Below, piece after piece: positions 11,301 to 22,800 of a stretch of DNA of 34,077 bases. The stretch spans positions 18,511,229 to 18,545,305 of the forward strand of contig NC_068991.1 in assembly GCF_001194135.2 (NCBI RefSeq). The letters are read 5' to 3'. The stretch comes from Octopus bimaculoides. Lineage: Eukaryota. How positions within the stretch are numbered: the first letter of the stretch is position 1; every line of letters begins with the position of its first letter. Both the position numbers and the translations under genes were made by a program. The notes under the pieces were generated by a model that had not been told where the DNA came from, ran no database searches, and saw only the letters and a program-made list of their open reading frames with translations.

Positions 11301-14297
11301 GTGTGTGCATATGTATATATGTCTGTGTGAACATATGTGTGTGTGCATATGCATGTATGTGCATGCGAGCATATGTGTGAATAAGCACGTGTGTTTGTGT
11401 ATGTGTGCATTTATGTGTGTATTTGTGTGTGAGCATGTGTGTGTGTGTGCATATGTGTGCTTACTTTAACCTTATAGTCAGGAGGGAAGACAGTTCCCAT
11501 AACATTTTTCAGGGCCTTCCAGACTGGTGGGATGGAGGAAGAAGGGTATTCTGAAATAGAGGCCTGGCTTGAATGCTTGCAACAGAGTGGCCTTCTGCTA
11601 AAAATACTCAAGATCTAAAGTGGGGAACGTTAAACCATAGGACAGATAATGTCTACTACCGTGAAGGCTATGGTAGGGTTTAAACTCAGGATACAAAAGT
11701 CTAGAACAAATGCTGCAAGTTTTTCCATTCCAATATTCTCACAGTTCTGCCAATCCGTTAACGTGGGTTGGTACTTGTTTATCAATCGCAAAAAAGATGA
11801 AAGAGAAAGTTGACTTTGGTGAGATTTGAACTTAGAGCTTGGGGGAATCAGAATAAATACTGCAAGGTGTTCTGTCCGGTGCTCTAACAACCCTGTCAAT
11901 TCACAACCATGTGGAGGGTTATGGAGGAGTGAAGGGGTTGGTATAATCTTTATGAGAACACGTGTTCAATATGAATGGGAGCAAATGAACATGTTTTGTA
12001 TTTTTAAAAGAAGAGAATAGAAACTCAAATGATTTTTTGTTTTTCTTTTTTACATGACACACAATTGAAATTCAAGTATAAGCATGCATGGCTAATTACT
12101 ATTAATTTATTAATGTTTCAAGACAAGTGATGGCGCTATTATTAATGGCAAAAGAGAAAGACAATCTTTCATCTGTGAAGTTGTTTATTCATCATAACTC
12201 TAAATAATTGGTCAGTAAAAGGTCAGCGCATTTAGAAATATCAATCTCTGCCATTTTCAAAGCAATAAAATTCTATAATAATAACTTTATTGTTTTCTCA
12301 AGAAAGTTATTTTTAACATACACTTTTTTTTTTTTTTTACTTTTTTGTTTCCCTCTTTTTTGCTCAGTTTTACCACTTCAATCATCACCATCATCATCTT
12401 CATCATTGTCATTGGCATCATCATCACCATCATTTAACGTCTGTTTTCCATGCTGGTAGTGGTTAGGGCAGCGGACTCGCGGTCATAGGATCGAAGTTTC
12501 GATTCCCAGACCAGGCGTTGTGAGTGTTTATTGAGCAAAAACACCTAAAACTCCACGAGGCTCCGGCAGGGGATGGTGGCGAACCCTGCTGTACTCTTTC
12601 ACCACAACTTTCTCTCACTCTTACTTCCTGTTTCTGTTGTGCCTATAATTCAAAGGGTCAGCCTTGTCACACTTGTGTCACGCTGAATATCCCCGAGAAC
12701 TACGTTAAGGGTACATGTGTCTGTTGAGTGCTCAGCCACTTGCACATTAATTTCATGAGCAGGCTGTTCCGTTGATCGGATCAATTGGAACCCTCAATGT
12801 CGTAAGCGACGGAGTGCCAACAACATGCTGGTATGGATAGGATGGGTTGACAAGAGCTGGCCAGCTGAAGAGCCAGCTGAAGAGCCACCCAGGCTCCCTG
12901 TCTGTTTTGGCATGGTTTCTATGGCTGGGTGCCCTTCCTAACACCAACTACTTTACAGAGTGTACTGGGTGCTTTTATACAGCACCCTCATAGGTGCTTT
13001 TATGTGGCACTGGCACAAGTGCTTTTTACATGGCACCAACCATGAGTTATCAGATGTGCAGATTAGTTATGGTTCAGTTCAGTCCATTATCACTGAAGAT
13101 TTGGGTATGAGATGCATGTCTGCCAAGTTTGTGCCAAAACTGCTTTCAGCCGACCAAAAAGACCCTCGGGTTTCAATTGCACAAGATCTCCTTGGTTGTG
13201 TTGAGAACTATGAAATCTTTTTTAAAACTTTGCGTAGGCTTTTAGAGCTGGTATTGCCAAGCTTTTGACAAAATTTGATGCTGATTCTCTGCTCAGCTTT
13301 CTCTGTCATGGTCAATGCTATGATCACACGCTACACACGTTCCTTCCAAACACTGCTGGAAACAACAGAAGTGAGCTAGAGCATTAAAACTTAGTGTGCA
13401 TGCACAGCAGAGTTTAAGGTTAATTTGTGCCAAGTGGCTTCACTCTGCATGTTTTAGCTTCGTTACTATGGCAACAGTCCGGATACTTATTGATCAGACC
13501 ACACACACACACATACCCAAACACACACACCACCACCACCACACATCCACATCACACATACGCACACACATCCACATCCACTAACACATTCTTTGTGTGT
13601 TAGTGTAAATATATACATTATCGCATAATGACCAAAAAAATTTATCATTTTCTGCTAAGTATCATGCTTGACTAACTAAACAGAATAGATTATCGTATGG
13701 AATCCATCAAATTGATATCTGTCTGTTTATTTATTTACATGACATACCTATCTACATACCTTCCTTCTTTCCTACCTACATACTTAATTATCTACCTATC
13801 TACCTAAACTAATGTATCAGTCATATCAGTATCTATACTGTGTATGTGTATGTGTGTGTGTGTGTATGTGTATTGTCATAGAAATTGAAAGGGGACCTAG
13901 AAAATAACTTTCTACTAAAACTGAACATTCTGAACAACACAAGTAAAACACCCAGCAATACAATGACTCCATTTCTAGACATAAGTTTTCTGTTATGAAA
14001 TACTCCTTGTCTAAATTCACCTCCAGTGGAGGCATTTGGCTCAGTGGTTAGGGCAGCGTTTCTCAACTGAGGTTCCCCGGAATCCTAGGGTTCCGCAAAA
14101 GGTTCCTAGGGGTTCCACGAAAAAGAGTGAGCTAAGCTAATGCTAATTTCATGATCGTAATATTACTATATATACACAACATATTATTGGTTATTGTATT
14201 ATTGTAATCATCCTATCTAACCTATTATGTTATCAAAAAAATATAACAACCATTGGGGATATATTGAGTGATGTCTGTAATATATGGACACTCTATA

Positions 14298-14344
<47 letters not shown>

Positions 14345-14626
14345 NNNNNNNNNNNNNNNNNNNNNNNNNNNNNNNNNNNNNNNNNNNNNNNNNNNNNNNN
14401 NNNNNNNNNNNNNNNNNNNNNNNNNNNNNNNNNNNNNNNNNNNNNNNNNNNNNNNNNNNNNNNNNNNNNNNNNNNNNNNNNNNNNNNNNNNNNNNNNNNN
14501 NNNNNNNNNNNNNNNNNNNNNNNNNNNNNNNNNNNNNNNNNNNNNNNNNNNNNNNNNNNNNNNNNNNNNNNNNNNNNNNNNNNNNNNNNNNNNNNNNNNN
14601 NNNNNNNNNNNNNNNNNNNNNNNNNN

Positions 14627-14659
<33 letters not shown>

Positions 14660-14784
14660 TCATCATCGTTTAATGGGTTGGACGATTTGACTGAGGACTG
14701 GTGAACCAGATGGCTACACCAGGCTCCAATCTGATTTGGCAGAGTTTCTACGGCTGGATGCCCTTCCTAACGCCAACCACTCCG

Positions 14785-14817
<33 letters not shown>

Positions 14818-15474
14818 TATATAAATTTAAATGATAAGGGTAAAAAATTGATATTAATTAGATTAATATCAATTTAAACCAGTGGCCGAGCATATTGAAA
14901 AAAATCTGAAGATTCAGAAAATTATATTATATACATATAAGAGGAATGACCACTAGATGGACTCCTAATATGCTAAATGTAGACCCCATATGGTCTGACC
15001 ACTAAAAAAAATTGTTCTCAATTGAGAACAATTTTTCTTAGCATATTAGGAGTCCACCTAGTGGTCATTCCTCTTATATATCTGTAATATATATATATTT
15101 TTGATATTTACCATGTGAACTACGATGAAAAAATATGAGAAAGATATGGTATATAATTTTTTTATGCAGGGGTTCCTTGAGACATGTAATTTATTCTAAG
15201 GGTTATGTAAGGGTAAAAAGGTTGAGAAACACTAGGTTTAGGTGTTGGACTCATTGTCATAAGATTGTGGGTTTGATTCCTGGACTGGGCAACGTGTTGT
15301 GTTCTTGAACAAAACACTTCATTTGGCATTGCTTCGATTCACTCAGCCGGCAAAAATGAATAATCCTGCGACAGAGTGTCACCCCATTCAGGTGGGGAAC
15401 ATATATGCCATGGAAACCGGGAAACTGGCTCTTTTGAGTCGACATGACTTAGGAAATGTGTGTGTGTGTGTGTG

Positions 15475-15506
<32 letters not shown>

Positions 15507-15516
15507 TGTATGTATG

Positions 15517-15605
<89 letters not shown>

Positions 15606-16710
15606 CTATATATGCAATGAGATTCTTTCAGTTTCTGTTTACCAAATCCACTCACAAAGCTTTGGTCACAAGACACCTCCCAACGTGCCATGTTCTGGGA
15701 CTGAACAATAAACCACATAGTTTAGGAAGTGAATTTCTTAACCACACAGCTATGCCTGTGCTTATATACATATAATTGTGTGTGTGTGTGTGTGTGTGTG
15801 CCTGTCATGCATGCACATTACTTTTTGAACAGTAGATAGTTACAATGGTGAAGGCTGGTTGTCATAACCATGTTTATTGTGTTGTGTTGTCAACATCATG
15901 TTGCTTTCATATCAAGGTGTGTTATTTAAATTGTTATTTAAAAGAAAAATAAATACATACAAATTAACCCCTCCTCCACCCTCAATAACAAAACAAAACA
16001 AGAACAACAATAGTTGACCTTTCAGGGTGAGAAAGCATTTTGCAGAAACCACTGTCTCTAATTAGCACTTTGAAGACAAACATGCTGAAGCTGTATCAGA
16101 ATCAATTCCCATAAATGTCTTTGAGTGTGCATGCATGTGTGTGTGTGTGTGTGTGCATCTAGGGTTGTTGTTATTTAACCCTAGGTTAACTCTGACTGAG
16201 AAGACCTATGCTTAAAGGAATTCCAACCGAGACCGTTCCATCATTTTGTGGATGTGTAGTACTGCATTATCTAATGCAGTACTACATGATGATGGTGGAA
16301 TTGTGATTTGAGGGATATTTGGCTGCTATTTTATATCATTGTTTTATGTTAGGTATTTTTTAAGACACAAGGCCTTATGTTAGGATGTTGCACTCACAAC
16401 TGTAAGATTGTGGTTTCAATTCCTGGACCAGGTGGTGTTGTGTTGTTGAGCAAGACCCTTCATTTCATGTTGTTCCAACCCACTCAGTTACTCTATTTTA
16501 CTCTTTTACTTGTTTCAGTCTTTTGACCGTGGCCATGCTGGAGCACTGCCTTTAGTCAAGCAAATCGACCCCAAGACTTATTCTTTGTAAGCCTAGTACT
16601 TATTCTATCATACTCTTTTGCTGAACTGCTAAGTTACAGGGACATAAACACACCAGCATCGGTTGTCAAGTGATGTTAGGGGACAAACACAGACACACAA
16701 ACACATACAC

Positions 16711-16759
<49 letters not shown>

Positions 16760-17788
16760 CAAGATCAGCGACTGTGTGTCACTTTAAAAATGAGCCAGTC
16801 GAATAAGCCCCCATCACTAACCTGTGGTTATCTCACACCAAAAACGCGAAACAACCCAGAAACCTAGGTCTGTGAGTATCATGAAGGCTAGAGCTGGAAG
16901 TGATAAACTCCCTTGATCATGCTATATGGACACAAACTATGAAACTGTGTGTTGATAGCCAGCTGGAAAAGATGTTTTCCTGGGGCTAAGCAACAGTAAC
17001 ATCATCCTGTGTAGGATTGCCACATTCTATTGGCAAATAAACTTTACTGGTGACAAAGGGCCTCTCGCTCGGAGTAAAAGGTAGACTGCATGACACATGT
17101 GTACAAACAGCCATGCTACATGGCAGTGAAACATGGGCTATGACTGCTGAGGACGTGTGTTAGCTTGCAAGGAATGAAGCTTGTATACTCCACTGGATGT
17201 GTAAAGTCAGTGTGCATACACGACAGAGTGTAAGCACCCCGAGAGAAAAGTTGGGTTAGGAAGCATCAGATGTGGTGTGCAGGAGAGATGACTGTGCTGG
17301 TATGGTCACGTGTTGTGTATGGATGAGGACAGCTGTGTGAAAAAGTGTCAGACCCTAGCAGTAGAGGGAACCTGTGGAAGATGCAGACCCAGGAAGACCT
17401 GGGATGAGGTGCTGAAGCACGGCCTTTGAATGCTGGGCCTCATCAAGGCGATGACAAATGACCAAAATCTTTCGAGATATGTTGTGCTTGAGAAGACCTG
17501 GCAAGCCAAGTGAGACTGTAACTGTGGCCTATGCCAGTGCAGCATAACCAGCTTATCTAAGAGTACCCTTCAATCATTGCGCAATAAACTGTGCTTGCGA
17601 AGACCTGTTCAGGCAAGTGAAGTTGTCGTGGCTAATGACAATACCGCCTGATTGGCACCTGTGCCAGTGGCACATAAAAAGCACTATCTAAGCGTGGCTG
17701 ATGCCAGTACTGCCTGACTGGCCCTTGTGCTGGTGGCACATAAGAACCACCCACTACACTCTCAGACACACAAACATATATACACACA

Positions 17789-17864
<76 letters not shown>

Positions 17865-19128
17865 TACAATGGGCTTTCAGTTTCCGTCTACCAAAACCAC
17901 TCACAAGGCTTTAGTCGGCCCAAGGCTATAGTGGAAGACACTTGCCTAAGGTCACCTTACTACATAACATAATAATGATAATTGTTTCTAATTTAGAAAA
18001 AAGGCCAACAGTTTTGGGGAAGGGGATTAGTTGATGCCATCAACTTGAATACTTGACTGATACTTTATTTAATTGACCTCAGTGGGCTGTAAAGCAGATT
18101 TGGCCTTGGTGGTATTTGAACTCAGAACATAAAGGACATTGCTCTGACAATTCTGCCAATTTGCCCCACAAATGTGGCAAATGAGGTGACACTACAAGGA
18201 GAAATAACAAACAATGGGGGTTTATGCATAATCTTGTTATGAAAAATAAACACGATGATGTGAAAGATGTTTATAAAAAAAAAAAATGTGTTTATAGGAC
18301 ATAACTTGACGAAAAGCTATGGCATGTTAACTATTTTGTCTTCAGTAATTAAATTATTTACTTACCACACCTGAGTTGAATAGGAACAATTGTAGGAAAC
18401 TAATATGTTTATGTCACACCTAAGTCTCAAGTTTCATCTTCGCTTTATTCATCATCATCATCATCATCATCATCAACATCATCATGAACAAAATACTCAT
18501 TATGATTGCGATCACAATAAAGATTATAATGATGATGATGATCATAATGATAAACACTGTGTAACACAATTTTTGTCCTTGAGTAGCAAATATTTTTTCC
18601 TATTTGCTTACCCTTAAAAAGTATGAAAAAATGGCTAATATTTCCTTCAAACTTTGCTTTTGTTATATTTGTTCAACCCCNNNNNNNNNNNNNNNNNNNN
18701 NNNNNNNNNNNNNNNNNNNNNNNNNNNNNNNNNNNNCTAGCATGTCTGTTGTATTGATCAGAATATTTGCTATAACGATATTTCTGCTTTAGCACCTCAG
18801 TGTTGAATCAGTCTGAAATGTAATGGAAAATAGATCAGTTTCTAAATATTGATGTCCAGGTCACAAAAGCAAAGTTTGGAGGGAATAATAGTCATTTTCT
18901 TTGATTTTTAGATAGAAGTAAATAAGAAATAGCACTTACTGACGACCAAAGGCAAAAAACATAAAAAATGGAGTGGCTGTGTAGTAAGTAAGATGGTTGC
19001 TTCACAGCTATATAGATCCGAGTTTGGTAACTTTGAGCGGTGTTTCAGGCAAATGTCTTCTACTGTTATCTTGAACTTGTTGGTACCTTGTGAATATAAT
19101 TTGGTGGATAGAGCCTGTGCGAAAACCT

Positions 19129-19163
<35 letters not shown>

Positions 19164-19581
19164 TTGTGTGTGTATTTGTGTGTGTGTATGTATGCATGTG
19201 AGTGAGTGTGTATGTATGTATGTGTGTGAGTGTGTGTCTATGTGTGTGAGTGTGTGTGTGTATGTATGTATGTATCTGAATGTATGTGTATGTATGTATG
19301 TATGTATGTATGTATATATATGCATGTACTTATGTGTGTGCATATGAATGTTTGCATGTATGTGTGTATGCATATACATATATATGAGTGAATGTAGGAA
19401 TGCACTATATTTATATGCATGTATGTATATTTGTATGTATGTATGTATGTATGTATAAGTGAGTGTGTGTGTGGTTACACTGGTCTGAAAAACAGTGTTG
19501 TCATGTTGTGTCCCTTAGTTTCATATTTTATTGATGCAACAACTAGAAATTGCTAAAATAAATACCTTACTTAATTATCTA

Positions 19582-19653
<72 letters not shown>

Positions 19654-19679
19654 GTTAACTAGCTGGCTAGATGTCTATG

Positions 19680-19741
<62 letters not shown>

Positions 19742-19776
19742 CTTTCTTTCTTTCTATCTATCTATCCCTCTGTCTA

Positions 19777-19825
<49 letters not shown>

Positions 19826-22800
19826 GTCTATCTGTCTATCTACCTACCTGTATTTGATCATCTAAAACCATGGAAAAGTAGTGCCCCAGTATGACCACAG
19901 TTCAGTGGCCAAAACCAGTAAAACAAACAACCGCTTCCCCCTACCTCCCGTCCCACTAAAAATATACTTCTAAAATAAAATAATAAAAGCATAAATGAGG
20001 TGGTGGTAAGTTGTGGTTGGCAGTGAGCGGTGTGATGACATGACAGTTACAGTGCTTTTTGGTGCATTAGTCATAGCAGGCGTGTAAGAACGGCAGCCCC
20101 GCCGACCACCGACTGTTGCTACCATACAATGCAAGCTGCAAGAATGAAATACCTTTCCCTTGATATTGGTGTCATTAGCTGGTGTTTTCTTTTTTTGGTT
20201 TTTGTTGTTGTTGTTGCTGTAAGTGACTGTAGGCTGTGAAAGGAATGGGAAAGGGGTGGTTTAAGGTTGGTGGGGGTTTTGTAATGGGGCAGGGGAATAG
20301 GTTGTGGAGCGAAGGTGAGTGTGAGGGTCAGGGAGGGTTTCAGGTGAGTCCCAAATACTCACACTCACTTGCTCAGTCTGTCTTCTTATTACACGACTTT
20401 TTCCTCTGTTCTGGCCTGGGCGCCAGAATAGAGCCCCTGTCGGATTGTGGTGGCTCATCATGGTGCTGGTGGCCATGGTGATGTTGTTGTTGGTGGTGGT
20501 GGTGGTGGCAGCAGTGAAGGTGATTGACCCCTTCTCTACGACAAATCCTCTTCTCTGTTCCCCTTCTCTTCCATGGATATAATAGTCATTTAAAAGAAAA
20601 AAAATCTAGAGTGTCCATGTAGCCATACTGTCTTTGCAGTCATGATGTCTGTGTAGCTATAGTAATTGAGTAACTATAATGTTTGTGTATGTATAGTATT
20701 TGTATGTATAAGTGAGTGTGTGTGTGGTTACACTGGTCTGAAAAACAGTGTGTATTGCTATAGTGTGGAGGCGTAATAGCCCGGTGGTTAGGGCAGCGGA
20801 CTCGCGGTCGTAGGGTCGCGGTTTTGATTCCCAGACCGGGCGTTGTGAGTGTTTATTGAGCGAAAACATCCAAAGTTCCACGAGGCTCCGGCAGGGTTTG
20901 GTGGCGAACCCTGCTGTACTCTTTCACCACAACTTTCTCTCACTCTTTCTTCCTGTTTCTGTTGTACCTGTAATTCAAAGGGCCAGCCTTGTCACACTCT
21001 GTGTTACACTGAATCTCCCCGAGAACTACGTTAAGGCTACATGTGTCTGTGGAGTGCTCAGCCACTTGCACGTTAATTTCACAAGCAGGCTGTTCTGTTG
21101 ATCAGATCAAGTGGAACCCTCGTCGTTGTAACCGATGAAGTGCCAACAACAACGATTGCTATAGTGTTTGTGTAACTATGGTATCTATGAAGCCATAAAG
21201 TCTATGTAGTTATACTGTCTTCGTAGCTATAGTGTCTCTGTAGCTATATTGTCCAACTATATTGGCCAAAACTGGTAGTCTTTTTTCTGGATAAGCATTG
21301 GTAGCAGTGTGGAGGTGCAATGGCCCAGTGGTTAGGGCAGCGGACTCGTGGTCGGAGGATCGCGGTTTCGATTCCCAGACTGGGCATTGTGTGTGTTTAT
21401 TGAGCGAAAACACCTAAAGCTCCATGAGGCTCCGGCAGGGGGTGGTGGTGGTGACCCCTGTTGTACTCTTTTGCCCCAACTTTCTCTCACTCTTTCTTCC
21501 TGTTTTTTGAGTAAAGCTGCGATGGACTGGCGTCCCGTCCAGCTGGGGGGGGGGGACACATACACCACAGAAACCAGGAAACCAGGGCCCATGAGCCTGG
21601 CAAAGCTTTAAAAGGGCACATAAATAAAAAAACAAAATTGGTAGCAGTAGCATAGCTAATAGAGGAGACAGGGAAGCGACTACCAGCACTGAGCAGATCT
21701 TTCAAAATAGGCACCTATTCAACAATTTTTTTTTAGTTCTTTAGTTCACTTGTGTGATAAAATTCGAATCTCTTTTTCCCTTTTGTTAATTGCATGGCCT
21801 TGGGAGAATGTTCTGGATTCATTACTTTATTTGACTAACCTCCCATGTTTTTGAACTGTCGGTTCAATCTCCTGTGATGTATTGTTGGCCACGGACATCT
21901 GAAGAACCAAAACAAACCCTGACGTCATGACCTCTTAACACTGGGAAATACTGTGGAGTTTTATCTTTTTCATGTCACACATTGGTAGTTGTAAATTTCA
22001 TACGAAATCACATTGTTACTGAAACATGACGTTTATGAATATAGAATGCAATTCATCATCATCATAGTTTACCGTCCGCCTTCCATGCTGGGTGCTTTTT
22101 ACATACCACCAGCACAAGGGCCAGTAAAGTGGTACTGGCATTGGTCACATCACATAGGTACATAATTTTAAATGGTGCTTTTTACATGCTTTTTACATGC
22201 CACCAATATGGGAACCAGTCAGGCAGAACTGGCAGTGACCATGCTCGAATGGTGCTTTTTATGTGCTACCAGCACAGGAGCCAGTCAGACACTACTGGCA
22301 ATGACCACACTTGAATGGTGCTTTTTACATGTCACCAATATGGGAGCCAGTCAGGCGGAACTGGCAATGACCATGCTCAGATGGTGGTTTTTATGTGCCA
22401 CCGGCACGGGAGCCAGTCAGGCACTACTAGCAACGACCACACTTGAATGGTGCTTTTTACATGTCACCAATATGGGAGCCAGTCAGGCGGAACTGACAAT
22501 GACCATGCTCAGATGGTGGTTTTTATGTGCCACCGGCATGGGAGCCAGTCAGGCACTACTAGCAATGACCACACTTGAATGGTGCTTTTTACGTGCCACC
22601 AGCCCAGGGGCCAGTCAAGTGGTACTGGCATCGGCCACATCACATAGGTACATAATTTTAAAATGAAAAGACAAGATAATCTTGACTGGGCTTTCTTTGA
22701 TTCATTAGTTTGCTTAGTTAGGACTGACCTAGGGTTAAACAATTAAACAACAATAACCACTATAGCAATAGCACTTACTCAGTTCATTTCTCATATATTG

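Larger units (their letters stand above)
14054..15234. mobile_element. Non-autonomous hAT (Charlie-like) element carrying nested insertions
   Basis: TIRs CAGCGTTTCTCAACT / GGTTGAGAAACACTA (12/15), 8-bp TSD-like GGTTAGGG vs GGTTTAGG. Confidence 0.75.
14026..15445 (+). mobile_element. tRNA-derived SINE (family E) split by a hAT insertion
   Basis: Head gtggaggcatttggctcagtggttaggg (14026-14053) resumes as gtgttggactc...ggtttgattcc at 15242 onward. Confidence 0.7.

Noticed and set aside
11485-11618. Protein-like frame [26 protein letters not shown]
   Set aside because: Short, bounded by stops, no recognisable family or compatible splice sites
20767-20845. tRNA-like sequences at SINE heads
   Set aside because: A/B boxes run into SINE bodies with TSDs and there is no complete cloverleaf; not tRNA genes
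9117-22666. Tandem arrays as CRISPR-like repeats
   Set aside because: Eukaryotic intron, no unique spacers, no cas genes
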